Shown here piece after piece: positions 37,266-46,038 of a DNA stretch of 46,792 nt. This DNA is from a virus: positions 1 to 46,792 of the IMG/VR virus record IMGVR_UViG_3300045988_109821; one strand, 5' to 3'. The translations under genes were made by a program, and so were the position numbers. The notes beneath the pieces were generated by a model, which saw nothing but the letters and a program-made list of their open reading frames with translations, ran no database searches and had not been told where the DNA came from. Position 1 is the stretch's first letter, and the number at the start of each line of letters is the position of its first letter.

Positions 37266-37836
37266 CCAAAGTTCGATAAGTCATCTCCTCGCTTTCTAAA
37301 TATCTAAAAGAATAACCACAAGTATTTTTTAATTTACCTTGACATACTTCTGTTATATGTGCATTTTTATTTTTTAAATCTTGTTTTGCTTCTAATAAAG
37401 AATTATATATTTTTCCATCACTTCTTATAATTTTCTTTTTGTTTGCTTCGTGGCACTTTTTACAATCACTATAAGGAACTTTTAAAACCTTATGTCTATG
37501 AATTGCTTGTTCTTTTTCAGTTGCCCATTCCAAATTATCTACTTTATTGTTTAACTTATTTCCATCAATATGATTTACTGTTTCTTTATTTAAAGGATTT
37601 TCTATAAAAGTTAGTGCTATTAATCTATTAACTCTATATGTTTTAGAAATACCATTTTTAGATAATCTTACTTGTAAATATCCGCTATTATTTTTATTGA
37701 ATTTTAATATTTTACCTTTTTGTATATATTCGTTAGTTCCATTTTTTCTTATATGGTCCAAACTTCTTATTTCTCCATTTATATTTGCTTGATATAAACC
37801 TTCGAAATTTGGTATATCTTTCCATAATTGCATCAT
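37258..37836 (-). CDS. HNH homing endonuclease (NUMOD4 plus HNH_3 plus C-terminal module) embedded in the early operon.
   Basis: FEGLYQANINGEIRS...NRLIALTFIENP...VNHIDGNKLNNKVDNLEWAT. C-terminal NAHITEVCQG motif. Confidence 0.85.
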   Translation of the reverse strand: MMQLWKDIPNFEGLYQANINGEIRSLDHIRKNGTNEYIQKGKILKFNKNNSGYLQVRLSKNGISKTYRVNRLIALTFIENPLNKETVNHIDGNKLNNKVDNLEWATEKEQAIHRHKVLKVPYSDCKKCHEANKKKIIRSDGKIYNSLLEAKQDLKNKNAHITEVCQGKLKNTCGYSFRYLESEEMTYRTLGA

Positions 37837-38249
37837 TCATCACCTACCTTATATGCCATTTGTTCCATTTGCTCGTGTGTTACTATTGATTTAATATCTT
37901 TTTCAGTAAAAGTTTCAATTAAATAACCTTTTCTATCTTCTGCATATACAATTCTTTTATAACAATTAGCCATTGAAGGTTCATTTATCAAAGTAACTTT
38001 TAACCCATTAACAAAATCTCCTACTTCAATTAAATCAATTATGTTATAACTGGCTTTAATTACATTTTCTTTTGTATATTCTCCTTGATAGATACTGCCA
38101 TCATTTTCAGTTAATATAGAATTTTCAAATACATTTGCAATTTTATTTATAATAACTATATCTTCAACATCATTTACTAGCCTTACATACATTCCAATTT
38201 CTAATTTCATTATTTGCCTCCTAATTTTCAATTTTATATGTATTTTCAA
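37833..38249 (-). CDS. Hypothetical protein (138 aa).
   Basis: ORF. ATGA overlap. Confidence 0.4.
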   Translation of the reverse strand: MKIHIKLKIRRQIMKLEIGMYVRLVNDVEDIVIINKIANVFENSILTENDGSIYQGEYTKENVIKASYNIIDLIEVGDFVNGLKVTLINEPSMANCYKRIVYAEDRKGYLIETFTEKDIKSIVTHEQMEQMAYKVGDE

Positions 38250-38457
38250 CAGTTATTAAATATCTAGGAATATGGTCTATTGTTTGTTGTTCACTAAATA
38301 TCCTAATACTCTTCATTAACTCTGCTATATAGTTATCCTTTTTAGACAACAATTCTCTATTGAATTGATTAACTTTTTCTCTAATCATTTTTTCAATTTC
38401 ATCATTAGCAATTTGTTCTATTTGCTTTTTCATAATTGTTTCAAAGTCTATATTCAT
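38221..38457 (-). CDS. Hypothetical protein (78 aa).
   Basis: ORF. Confidence 0.35.
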   Translation of the reverse strand: MNIDFETIMKKQIEQIANDEIEKMIREKVNQFNRELLSKKDNYIAELMKSIRIFSEQQTIDHIPRYLITVENTYKIEN

Positions 38458-38879
38458 TATTTATCATCTCCTATTATATCTTTGTATTTTTGTAAAACAT
38501 CATTTATTGCATTGAATATATCTTCATTTACAAGTCTTGTTTTACCTAAACTATCTTCATATAATTGACTACATTCTTTTGCTAGTCTATCTTTTTCATT
38601 TTTTAAATAATTTATAAACTCTTTTTGTTGTCCTCTTAACTCTAATATTCTACCTAATAAAGTTTCAGTGTTTTCTTGAAGTTTTTTCTTTAATTGTTCT
38701 TTTTCAGCCATTGTAGTTTCATAATCTGATACTGCGTTTAGATATTTTTGTTTTAATTCTTTATTTTGTTTCAATAAACATTTAATGGCATCTATATCAG
38801 TCTGATTTAAACAAGCTTCATTTAATTCCCAAGCTTCTATTAATTCATTAATTTGTTGTATACTTTCTTCAATATTCAT
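38457..38879 (-). CDS. Hypothetical coiled-coil protein (140 aa).
   Basis: ORF with stop/start overlaps. Confidence 0.4.
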   Translation of the reverse strand: MNIEESIQQINELIEAWELNEACLNQTDIDAIKCLLKQNKELKQKYLNAVSDYETTMAEKEQLKKKLQENTETLLGRILELRGQQKEFINYLKNEKDRLAKECSQLYEDSLGKTRLVNEDIFNAINDVLQKYKDIIGDDK

Positions 38880-39119
38880 TTACTCATCACTCTCTACTTT
38901 CTCTAACAATTCTATTTGCGTGTTTTTTATATTATTAAATTGTATTAAAGCATCATTAAATGTTGTTTTTAATCTTGCAATATATAAATCTTTTTGTAAT
39001 TCATCATTAGGTGGATACATTTCTATTTCATCAATAAGATTTAATAGTTTTGTATAATATTTTACAAATTGTTTTATAGGTCTTATCATTCTTAAATGTA
39101 CTCTACTCATTACTATCAC
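38880..39119 (-). CDS. Hypothetical protein (79 aa).
   Basis: ORF. Confidence 0.35.
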   Translation of the reverse strand: MIVMSRVHLRMIRPIKQFVKYYTKLLNLIDEIEMYPPNDELQKDLYIARLKTTFNDALIQFNNIKNTQIELLEKVESDE

Positions 39120-39525
39120 TTTCTTCTAGTTCTTGCAATTTTTTAAAATATTTTAACCAACAATCTTTGTAATTATCATTGCAATTATTCTCACACCACT
39201 CATCTTCATAAAAAATACTTTGTGATTTATCTTCATTAGTACTATTCTCAAATCCAAAATTCAAAGGACATTCTTCTTTAAAAAACGAAAAGTTTAATAT
39301 AGTATCAATTAAATCTTTTAATTCTTTATTTTCCTTTTTTAACAACATATTTTCCCAATTAACTTTATCAACTACTTTGTCATTATTTTCTGCATTTTCT
39401 TTTAAGATTTTGTTTTCTTGTTGCAATTGTTTAATCGCTTTTTGAACATCTTTTGTTTCTTCTTCACTCAATACAATAGGATTATTAACTAATAAAAATG
39501 CACCTAATACCTCTTTTACATTCAT
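39103..39525 (-). CDS. Hypothetical protein (140 aa), coiled coil plus Cys-rich C-terminus.
   Basis: ORF. Confidence 0.4.
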   Translation of the reverse strand: MNVKEVLGAFLLVNNPIVLSEEETKDVQKAIKQLQQENKILKENAENNDKVVDKVNWENMLLKKENKELKDLIDTILNFSFFKEECPLNFGFENSTNEDKSQSIFYEDEWCENNCNDNYKDCWLKYFKKLQELEESDSNE

Positions 39526-40043
39526 TCTGATACCTCTTTTAAAATATCTAATAATTCATCTAAAACTTTATTAAATTCTATACTTATATCTTCCATTTTT
39601 AAAAGTGTTATTCTACTGAATATTTTATCAATAACTTCTTTTTGCTTTTTACATTGTTGTTCTAATTGTTCTATATAATTTTGAATGCTTTGACTTGCTA
39701 TTCTTATTGTTTCTACTGTTTGATAATAATTTAATGCTCCGTTTTCTAATATTCCTAAATAATATAATATTCTTTCATTATTCATATTCTTATTTCTCCT
39801 TTCTCCTTTCTCCTTTCTTTTATCTAATTCGTATTGTAATTCTTCTATTTTCTTGTCAACTAACTCTGAATTATCTTCATACTCATACCCAAACCAATTA
39901 TCTCCAAAACATTCATCATAAAAATCTTCATGTCTTTGTAAATATTTAATTGTATTTTCTATATGTGAAATTTTCATATCACTTATTTTAATTTTTTTAT
40001 GGTCTTTAGTTTCCCACCAATCTTTTTTGTAAGGATATTCCAT
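39522..40043 (-). CDS. Hypothetical protein. It contains an in-frame internal restart signal (three SD repeats followed by ATG at 39785).
   Basis: RBS GAGGAG before ATG 40043. AAAGGAG x3 at 39796-39816 on the coding strand, followed by ATGAATAAT. Confidence 0.45.
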   Translation of the reverse strand: MEYPYKKDWWETKDHKKIKISDMKISHIENTIKYLQRHEDFYDECFGDNWFGYEYEDNSELVDKKIEELQYELDKRKEKGERRNKNMNNERILYYLGILENGALNYYQTVETIRIASQSIQNYIEQLEQQCKKQKEVIDKIFSRITLLKMEDISIEFNKVLDELLDILKEVSE

Positions 40044-40045
40044 AA

Positions 40046-40339
40046 TCATTTCTCCTCTAAATAACAATCACTATCTTTTAAACACTGGTCACATACATAA
40101 CCTATATCTCCGTTTACTAAACCTTCAGTATCATTTAATTCTTCAAACCATTCTTCACAACAATCACATTGTTCTAATTCTGTTAAATTTATACTCCCAC
40201 AATTAGGGCAACAATCAACTTTTGTGTTTGTTCTAGTATTAAATAAATCACTAACTCCGAATTCTTCTTCAAAGCATATTGTTTTTTGATTTAAATCTTC
40301 TTCATCATAACAATTATGACACTCTTCACATTTAAACAT
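40046..40339 (-). CDS. Cys-rich zinc-ribbon protein (97 aa, at least 4 CxxC pairs).
   Basis: CEECHNC...CCPNCG...CDCC...CDQC. Confidence 0.45.
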   Translation of the reverse strand: MFKCEECHNCYDEEDLNQKTICFEEEFGVSDLFNTRTNTKVDCCPNCGSINLTELEQCDCCEEWFEELNDTEGLVNGDIGYVCDQCLKDSDCYLEEK

Positions 40340-40488
40340 AATTATTACCTCTTTTCTAACAAACTATCTAATTGTTTATCAGTTAATTTTATAAGACCAT
40401 TTACATATAAACATTTAATTTTTAAACTTGTATGCTTTTTCTTTAATTCTTCAAAATCTTTTATTCTCATTCTTTATTTTCCTTTCTC

Positions 40489-40710
40489 CTACTTTCTTAA
40501 AGCTAACTCCTTTTTAACATCTTCAAGAGTTTTTAATCTTGTTTTCAAAGTTATTATTGTACTTTGATTATATTTGTTATCAGCTAGCATTCTTCTAACA
40601 ATAATTATTTGATTGTTTACATAACTTGTTATGTGTTTTCTATTAGAAAGTATTTCTTGCAAGTCTAATCCATTGACATAATATTTACCATTTTCTTTTT
40701 TAATCTCCAT
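40489..40710 (-). CDS. Hypothetical protein (73 aa).
   Basis: ORF. Confidence 0.35.
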   Translation of the reverse strand: MEIKKENGKYYVNGLDLQEILSNRKHITSYVNNQIIIVRRMLADNKYNQSTIITLKTRLKTLEDVKKELALRK

Positions 40711-40712
40711 TT

Positions 40713-40901
40713 TTACCCTCCTATTTTGTTGGCATAGTATACCATATTTCTTTTTATATACCTATCAAGTTGACTGTACTGCAGATTACTCCACCAACCA
40801 TAGTGCCAGATTTTATCATTAATATAGATAAAACCTTTGTAATTACTTAATTCTGCAATATTTACAACTCTAACCCCCTTGCAATACTTACGTTTTGTCA
40901 T
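40713..40901 (-). CDS. Hypothetical protein (62 aa).
   Basis: ORF. Confidence 0.35.
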   Translation of the reverse strand: MTKRKYCKGVRVVNIAELSNYKGFIYINDKIWHYGWWSNLQYSQLDRYIKRNMVYYANKIGG

Positions 40902-41353
40902 TTATTTTGTCGCCCCTTTATATATTTCCACATATCTTTAAAATCAATGTTATTTAATATTTCCAACGATTTATTAAGATATTCAATATCAAACCAGCCA
41001 AAATGCGTTTCCCTTAAATGCAATCCTAATTTATATGCTAAATAACCATAGCAATCAGTTCTTTTAAAGTTATACTTTTTCCATAATGGGTCAAATTTTC
41101 GATGACATTCCATTTTTAACTTTTTCATATCATCAGTCGCTAATCTTCCTAAAGGTTTTTTGCTTTTAGTATTATGAACACCAACACTAGCACCACAATT
41201 ATCACACAAATAGCAATAACCATTTCCATATTGCTTGCCATGGTATATTTCAGCATTACTTGTATATCTTACTTTGTCACTACCACAAACATCACACTTT
41301 GTAGGTATTTCTCTAAAATCAAATATACATTCTTTCCAAATCTCATCATTCAT
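40898..41353 (-). CDS. Zinc-finger protein (CxxC...CxxC then a HFGWFD motif), helicase-associated.
   Basis: CDVCGS...CYLCDNCG; a conserved-looking C-terminal motif. ATGA-coupled to the upstream helicase. Confidence 0.45.
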   Translation of the reverse strand: MNDEIWKECIFDFREIPTKCDVCGSDKVRYTSNAEIYHGKQYGNGYCYLCDNCGASVGVHNTKSKKPLGRLATDDMKKLKMECHRKFDPLWKKYNFKRTDCYGYLAYKLGLHLRETHFGWFDIEYLNKSLEILNNIDFKDMWKYIKGRQNK

Positions 41354-41355
41354 AA

Positions 41356-42699
41356 TTACACCTCTTCAAAATTTTGAGAAAACCACTCATCATTAAAATC
41401 TTGATTACTCTTCAATGCTAAATAATTTATATAATCTGCACTCTGTTTGCCCTTTGTTACAAGTAAATAGTATATAGGTTTTTTAGTTTGTCCTACACGA
41501 TTAAGTCTTCCTTTTGCTTGGTAGAATTCTATATAAGAATCAGGCAAACAATAGAATATAGAAACATATGCTTGTTTTAACCAATCAATCCCTGTAGAAC
41601 CACTTTTATATTGTACTAATACAACTGCATTATCATTATTGTTAAATACCTCTTCTTCTTTAAAAGCAGAGCAATAACGTGCACAAGGTCTTTTCATTTT
41701 TGTTATCATGTTATAAAGTTGGTCTCTTTGGTGGTCATACATATAAAATATAACAACTCTCTCCTTAAAATCTTCTAGGAAAGTCTTAACCCAGTCCAAC
41801 TTATCAGTATTAAGTTGATATTCTCTTTTAGCCTCTTCTCCATTCCCTAAAAGGGCTTTACCTATTAGAGTACCACTACATAATGATTTTAAACCTATTC
41901 TTTTAGAACTTACCTTATTAAGTACAATGTCCTCATATACACGTTCTCGTGCTATTCTACTGTAGTTTTTATCAAGTTCAAATGGAACAACTATCTCACT
42001 AGGAACAAGGCTATCATCAATCTTTCTTTCATAATATCTAGCATATTTATTTACAAGTAAATCAAGATAATCAGTATTTTTATAACCTACTATCTTTTTA
42101 AATGGCTTCATACCTGGAAAGAATACAAGTTGTTCATAACAAAACTTTTCTTTAAACAGTTCCAAACTCATGTCCATAAGTCCTAAAAAGTATAATTGAT
42201 TATAAAGGTCAATATAACCATTCCCCATAGGGGTAGCGGTTAAAATACATTTGTAGGGAGTTAACATTCCAAGTTGTTTCATGAACTTCCCTACTTTTGT
42301 TGTACTTTCTTTTATTCTATGTGACTCATCTATGATAATATAGAAGTTCTTATCTAACATGAACAAATCATTATTTCTCCAAGTTCTCTCAAAGTTTATA
42401 ATTGCAATATCATATTCTCCCCTATCAAACATTTGTTTGGTTTTCTTTTTACCATCAAGAATAATTGTTTTACTAAAGGGAAACCATTTCTCACAATCTT
42501 CTTTCCATTCTTGCAATTTTGCACATAAACAAACTATAAGTAACTTGTTACATTTCTTTTGTAAAACTTTTTGTTCATACATTGCTAATGATGTTATAGA
42601 TTTTCCACAACCTACATCATAAAACAATGCACAACTATCTAAATCTTTTAACTCATCAACTGTTTTCTTTTGATAAGGGTATAGTAAATCATATAACAT
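41356..42699 (-). CDS. SF2 (SNF2/DEAH-like) helicase.
   Basis: Motif I DVGCGKS, motif II IIIDESH, C-terminal helicase domain. Confidence 0.75.
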   Translation of the reverse strand: MLYDLLYPYQKKTVDELKDLDSCALFYDVGCGKSITSLAMYEQKVLQKKCNKLLIVCLCAKLQEWKEDCEKWFPFSKTIILDGKKKTKQMFDRGEYDIAIINFERTWRNNDLFMLDKNFYIIIDESHRIKESTTKVGKFMKQLGMLTPYKCILTATPMGNGYIDLYNQLYFLGLMDMSLELFKEKFCYEQLVFFPGMKPFKKIVGYKNTDYLDLLVNKYARYYERKIDDSLVPSEIVVPFELDKNYSRIARERVYEDIVLNKVSSKRIGLKSLCSGTLIGKALLGNGEEAKREYQLNTDKLDWVKTFLEDFKERVVIFYMYDHQRDQLYNMITKMKRPCARYCSAFKEEEVFNNNDNAVVLVQYKSGSTGIDWLKQAYVSIFYCLPDSYIEFYQAKGRLNRVGQTKKPIYYLLVTKGKQSADYINYLALKSNQDFNDEWFSQNFEEV

Positions 42700-42710
42700 A
42701 TTATCATCTC

Positions 42711-43040
42711 CTAATCACAATTATAGCATTTGAATGTATCATCTGAGGCTAAAAATAAATTTTCCCCACATTTGTAACATTTGTTTTCACTTTGTTTAGT
42801 TATTTTAGCCATTAATTTTGTATAATAACTATCTAAAATACCAGTGCTTTTTAACATTATAAATAATTTTCTTAAGGCTATCATATCAGCATCATCAATT
42901 TGATGTTTTGTGATTGCTGGTATTAACTTGATAGTTTCCCCATCTGTAATAATGTTAAAGTCACACCCATCTTGCATATTTAAACGTTCTCTTATATCTT
43001 TTGGGATAGTTAAACGTCCCATGCTGTCCATAGTTTTCAT
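42711..43040 (-). CDS. AbrB/MazE-type (SpoVT-AbrB) DNA-binding domain fused to a C-terminal zinc ribbon; putative early regulator.
   Basis: MGRLTIPKDIRERL swapped-hairpin motif; CYKCGEN...CYNCD. Confidence 0.55.
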   Translation of the reverse strand: MKTMDSMGRLTIPKDIRERLNMQDGCDFNIITDGETIKLIPAITKHQIDDADMIALRKLFIMLKSTGILDSYYTKLMAKITKQSENKCYKCGENLFLASDDTFKCYNCD

Positions 43041-43094
43041 TCAAAAACACCTCCTATCTTTTTCATAATATCACACATTTTCCTATAAATCAAA

Positions 43095-43298
43095 CTAAAG
43101 TAGACTAGAAATTGTGTAGTTTACATTTAAAGTGTCAAGTTCTACCTTTAAACGTTCTTTTGAGAAGTTTTTTCCATATTCCTTTTCTAATTTTTTAATT
43201 AAATCTTGAAAAGTCTTTTGTTCTACTTCTTCACTAAAGTTAATAACTATAGTATATAAATCATTTTTATAAAAGTAATGCTTCATAGTACACCTCAC
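43095..43298 (-). CDS. Hypothetical protein (67 aa).
   Basis: ORF. Confidence 0.35.
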   Translation of the reverse strand: MRCTMKHYFYKNDLYTIVINFSEEVEQKTFQDLIKKLEKEYGKNFSKERLKVELDTLNVNYTISSLL

Positions 43299-43301
43299 TT
43301 T

Positions 43302-43457
43302 CTAGTCAAAAAGATAACTATTATTTATTATATGTAATACTGTTAAACTTTTACCTTTTTGAACCTTTATCAAAAACCTTTTCAGGGTTTTCTCACTATC
43401 AAATACCTTTGTAAACTCTTTTTTAGTTTTATTGTTTAAAAGCCCTACCTCATACAT
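43302..43457 (-). CDS. Small hypothetical protein (51 aa), not in the ORF track.
   Basis: TAATG overlap with the upstream stop. Fills the gap exactly. Confidence 0.35.
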   Translation of the reverse strand: MYEVGLLNNKTKKEFTKVFDSEKTLKRFLIKVQKGKSLTVLHIINNSYLFD

Positions 43458-43765
43458 TATAACACAACCTTTTCAATCACATAAACACGTGTCTCTCCAT
43501 CGCCAACTTTTTGTTTTAAATCAACATAACCAAATCTATTAAGTTGATATCTAATTTCTTGTGTAATGCTGTTATGTGTTGTTTTATGACTTTCAGTATA
43601 GATAACCTCCATGTCGTCATGTATTAGGTCTAAACAAACGTTTAAGGCTTGCTCCTCGGCACTATGTAAGTTTGTGAAGACACTATCAATGTCTGCATAA
43701 TTCATACTCCAATCTTCAAAATTATTAAATACTGACATAACTACATAAACTGTTTTAACTTTCAT
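43457..43765 (-). CDS. Hypothetical protein (102 aa).
   Basis: ORF. Confidence 0.4.
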   Translation of the reverse strand: MKVKTVYVVMSVFNNFEDWSMNYADIDSVFTNLHSAEEQALNVCLDLIHDDMEVIYTESHKTTHNSITQEIRYQLNRFGYVDLKQKVGDGETRVYVIEKVVL

Positions 43766-43767
43766 AC

Positions 43768-44181
43768 TTATAAACTCCTTTCTTTTTCATATTCAAAAGC
43801 CACTTTAAATATAAAGGCTTTATTTGAACGTGAAATATCATTAATGATACTAATTCTAAAATATCTTATAGCTCTTTCAACACCATATGCTGTAGTTTGA
43901 AAATGTGTTGCAACTTCTTCTTGTATATCTCTCATTTTTATTTTATTACCATTGAAGCAGTTATCTAAAATATAACAGATATAATCAACTGCTTTATATT
44001 TAAGGATGCGTTCCCCATATTTTTTAACAAGAAATTCCTTTGTATTTTCAGATTTTCCTCTTTTTTCTAGTATCTCATGATAAAGTCTATTATTTAGTTC
44101 TTTTGCTTTTTCTCCTTCAAGACAACCCAAATAGAACAAAATATCATCTAATAACTCAATCTGTTTTTCATCTAATATCAT
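43768..44181 (-). CDS. Putative HTH DNA-binding protein (137 aa).
   Basis: MRDIQEEVATHFQTTAYGVERAIRYF HTH-like segment. Confidence 0.4.
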   Translation of the reverse strand: MILDEKQIELLDDILFYLGCLEGEKAKELNNRLYHEILEKRGKSENTKEFLVKKYGERILKYKAVDYICYILDNCFNGNKIKMRDIQEEVATHFQTTAYGVERAIRYFRISIINDISRSNKAFIFKVAFEYEKERSL

Positions 44182-44184
44182 TTT

Positions 44185-44448
44185 TTAGACCTCTCTTTCT
44201 GTCACAAAATTACCCATTTCCATTTTAGATACTTTCATAGTTGTATAATCGGGATAAAGTTGTAAATCTTCTTCTAAAGTGTCTAATAAGTCACATATTT
44301 CACGTACTTCATTAGTAAAGCCCTCTTGTTCTTCTTCTCCAGTCATACACTTACTTGCTATTTGATATCTAAAATATGTTTTTAGGTCTTTTATTGTTCC
44401 TATAACATAATTATCTCTTTCTATAATTTTATCATTTCTATAAATCAT
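44185..44448 (-). CDS. Hypothetical acidic protein (87 aa).
   Basis: ORF. Confidence 0.35.
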   Translation of the reverse strand: MIYRNDKIIERDNYVIGTIKDLKTYFRYQIASKCMTGEEEQEGFTNEVREICDLLDTLEEDLQLYPDYTTMKVSKMEMGNFVTEREV

Positions 44449-44466
44449 TTTAATTATACCACCTTT

Positions 44467-44742
44467 CTAAATAAACAACCAACCTGTTAAAAATTCCGAT
44501 ATTGATATTTTATTAGTTAGTATTTGCTCTTTATGTTCTAAAGCCTTGTCACAGATATAACCTAAATCGGTATTGTTATTGTCTTTTAAGTATGCGTCAT
44601 GTATAAAACAGATTAGCCTTTCCATCTCTTTTTCTTTTAAGTTTTTGAAATCTTCGTTGCATTGTAAATTATAGTAAATAATCATAAATAACATGTCAAA
44701 CTTATGTTCTTTTATTATCTTATCATATTCTTTAAAATTCAT
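44467..44742 (-). CDS. Hypothetical protein, paralogue of 44745-44993 (MNFKEY... family).
   Basis: Start at ATG 44742 after a GGAGG RBS. Shares an N-terminus and a Tyr/Leu-rich pattern with its neighbour. Confidence 0.4.
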   Translation of the reverse strand: MNFKEYDKIIKEHKFDMLFMIIYYNLQCNEDFKNLKEKEMERLICFIHDAYLKDNNNTDLGYICDKALEHKEQILTNKISISEFLTGWLFI

Positions 44743-44744
44743 TT

Positions 44745-44993
44745 TTACACCTCCACACATTCATTTAATAAATTTAAAATATAATCATTTCTAGTATTTA
44801 TATAATCATTAATACTTTCAATTAGTGTTTTCTTGGTGTTGTCATAATTTAAGTAATCAACACATATTTCATAAACTTTAGAATAATATATATCTAGCAA
44901 AATGTTTTTATCTTTTAAGTATTTATCATATAACATTATAGATAAATAAAACATATATTCATTAAAATTTTCTTGAAATTCTTTAAAATTCAT
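44745..44993 (-). CDS. Hypothetical protein, paralogue of 44467-44742 (MNFKEF... family).
   Basis: ORF. Confidence 0.4.
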   Translation of the reverse strand: MNFKEFQENFNEYMFYLSIMLYDKYLKDKNILLDIYYSKVYEICVDYLNYDNTKKTLIESINDYINTRNDYILNLLNECVEV

Positions 44994-45266
44994 TTTTTTG
45001 ACTCCTTATTAATAAGCTTCTTTTAATCTTTTACAATCTAGGATAAAATTATCTAGCATACTATTTATAAAATCAAAATTGTTAACATCATAAAAATTTA
45101 TAAATGTATAAATCGTGTAAGTTTCATTAATTGCTGGAGCATATACATCATGTCCATATATAAACAAGCCATTTTTTGTTATTCTAGTCTTTTTTATATA
45201 TTCATTTTTTTCGCCATATTGTTTTTTATATAATTAATACAATATTGTTTTAAATCTTCTAATATT

Positions 45267-45572
45267 TTATTTTTCATATTCTAAACCTCCGTTATCTTTA
45301 TATGTGATTGTCCCTTTTTTCTTTAATAACTCCCAGTCTTTTTGATGCAAACCCTCTTGAAAAAAGAACTCTTTTTGATGTCTCGTTGTAGTTTGTGAAA
45401 AGTAACCATTATATGTAAATATAGTTTTATCATCTATAGTGTGTTTAACACGAGCCACTAAAGTATCATAACTATATAGTTCTTTAGTAACATTAACGCC
45501 ATCAATTAATTTAATTTGTGCTTTTCCATAAAAACTCTTTCTATTGTCATAAACTGAATATAATTCATACAT
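45267..45572 (-). CDS. Hypothetical protein (101 aa) with a YSYDTLVA...SQTTTRHQ motif.
   Basis: Start at ATG 45572 after an AAAGGGGA RBS. Confidence 0.4.
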   Translation of the reverse strand: MYELYSVYDNRKSFYGKAQIKLIDGVNVTKELYSYDTLVARVKHTIDDKTIFTYNGYFSQTTTRHQKEFFFQEGLHQKDWELLKKKGTITYKDNGGLEYEK

Positions 45573-45574
45573 AA

Positions 45575-45895
45575 TTAGTTCATCCCCTTTTTTATTTCTT
45601 CTAGTACTTGCCCTAAAATATAGCATCTAATAGTAACATCGCAAGCTTCAGGGTTATCAAGCTCATAATCAGCCCCAAACTCATCGCAAGCCTCTTTTAA
45701 TAAGTCCATGTTGTGACACAAGTTTTGCTCTGCTTCCCATGTGTTAAGTGTATAAGAACCACTCATGTTACCGGTAATACTGTCTTCATTAAATAAAGTA
45801 TCATATAAATCATCGGTTACTTCTGTAATATTGTTTTCTTCCATGTAGTTTTTGATATCTTCTTTGACTGCTTCTAAATAATTATACTTTTTCAT
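45575..45895 (-). CDS. Small strongly acidic protein (106 aa), a candidate DNA-mimic or anti-restriction protein.
   Basis: High D/E content. Second or third gene from the right genome end. Confidence 0.3.
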   Translation of the reverse strand: MKKYNYLEAVKEDIKNYMEENNITEVTDDLYDTLFNEDSITGNMSGSYTLNTWEAEQNLCHNMDLLKEACDEFGADYELDNPEACDVTIRCYILGQVLEEIKKGMN

Positions 45896-45896
45896 A

Positions 45897-46001
45897 TTAT
45901 TTTAGCCCCTTTCTATTTTCTATTGAGTTTTGTAAAACCCTTACTCTTTCCAATTCTAATCTAGTTAATATTAACTTTTTAATAAATTCTTGTTTTGTCA
46001 T
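45897..46001 (-). CDS. 34-aa peptide ORF with a good RBS.
   Basis: RBS GATAGGAGAAG 7 nt upstream of the reverse-strand ATG at 46001. Stop 1 nt before the next ATG. Confidence 0.3.
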   Translation of the reverse strand: MTKQEFIKKLILTRLELERVRVLQNSIENRKGLK

Positions 46002-46038
46002 CTTTTATCTTCTCCTATCTAATTATAATATTTTTAAT

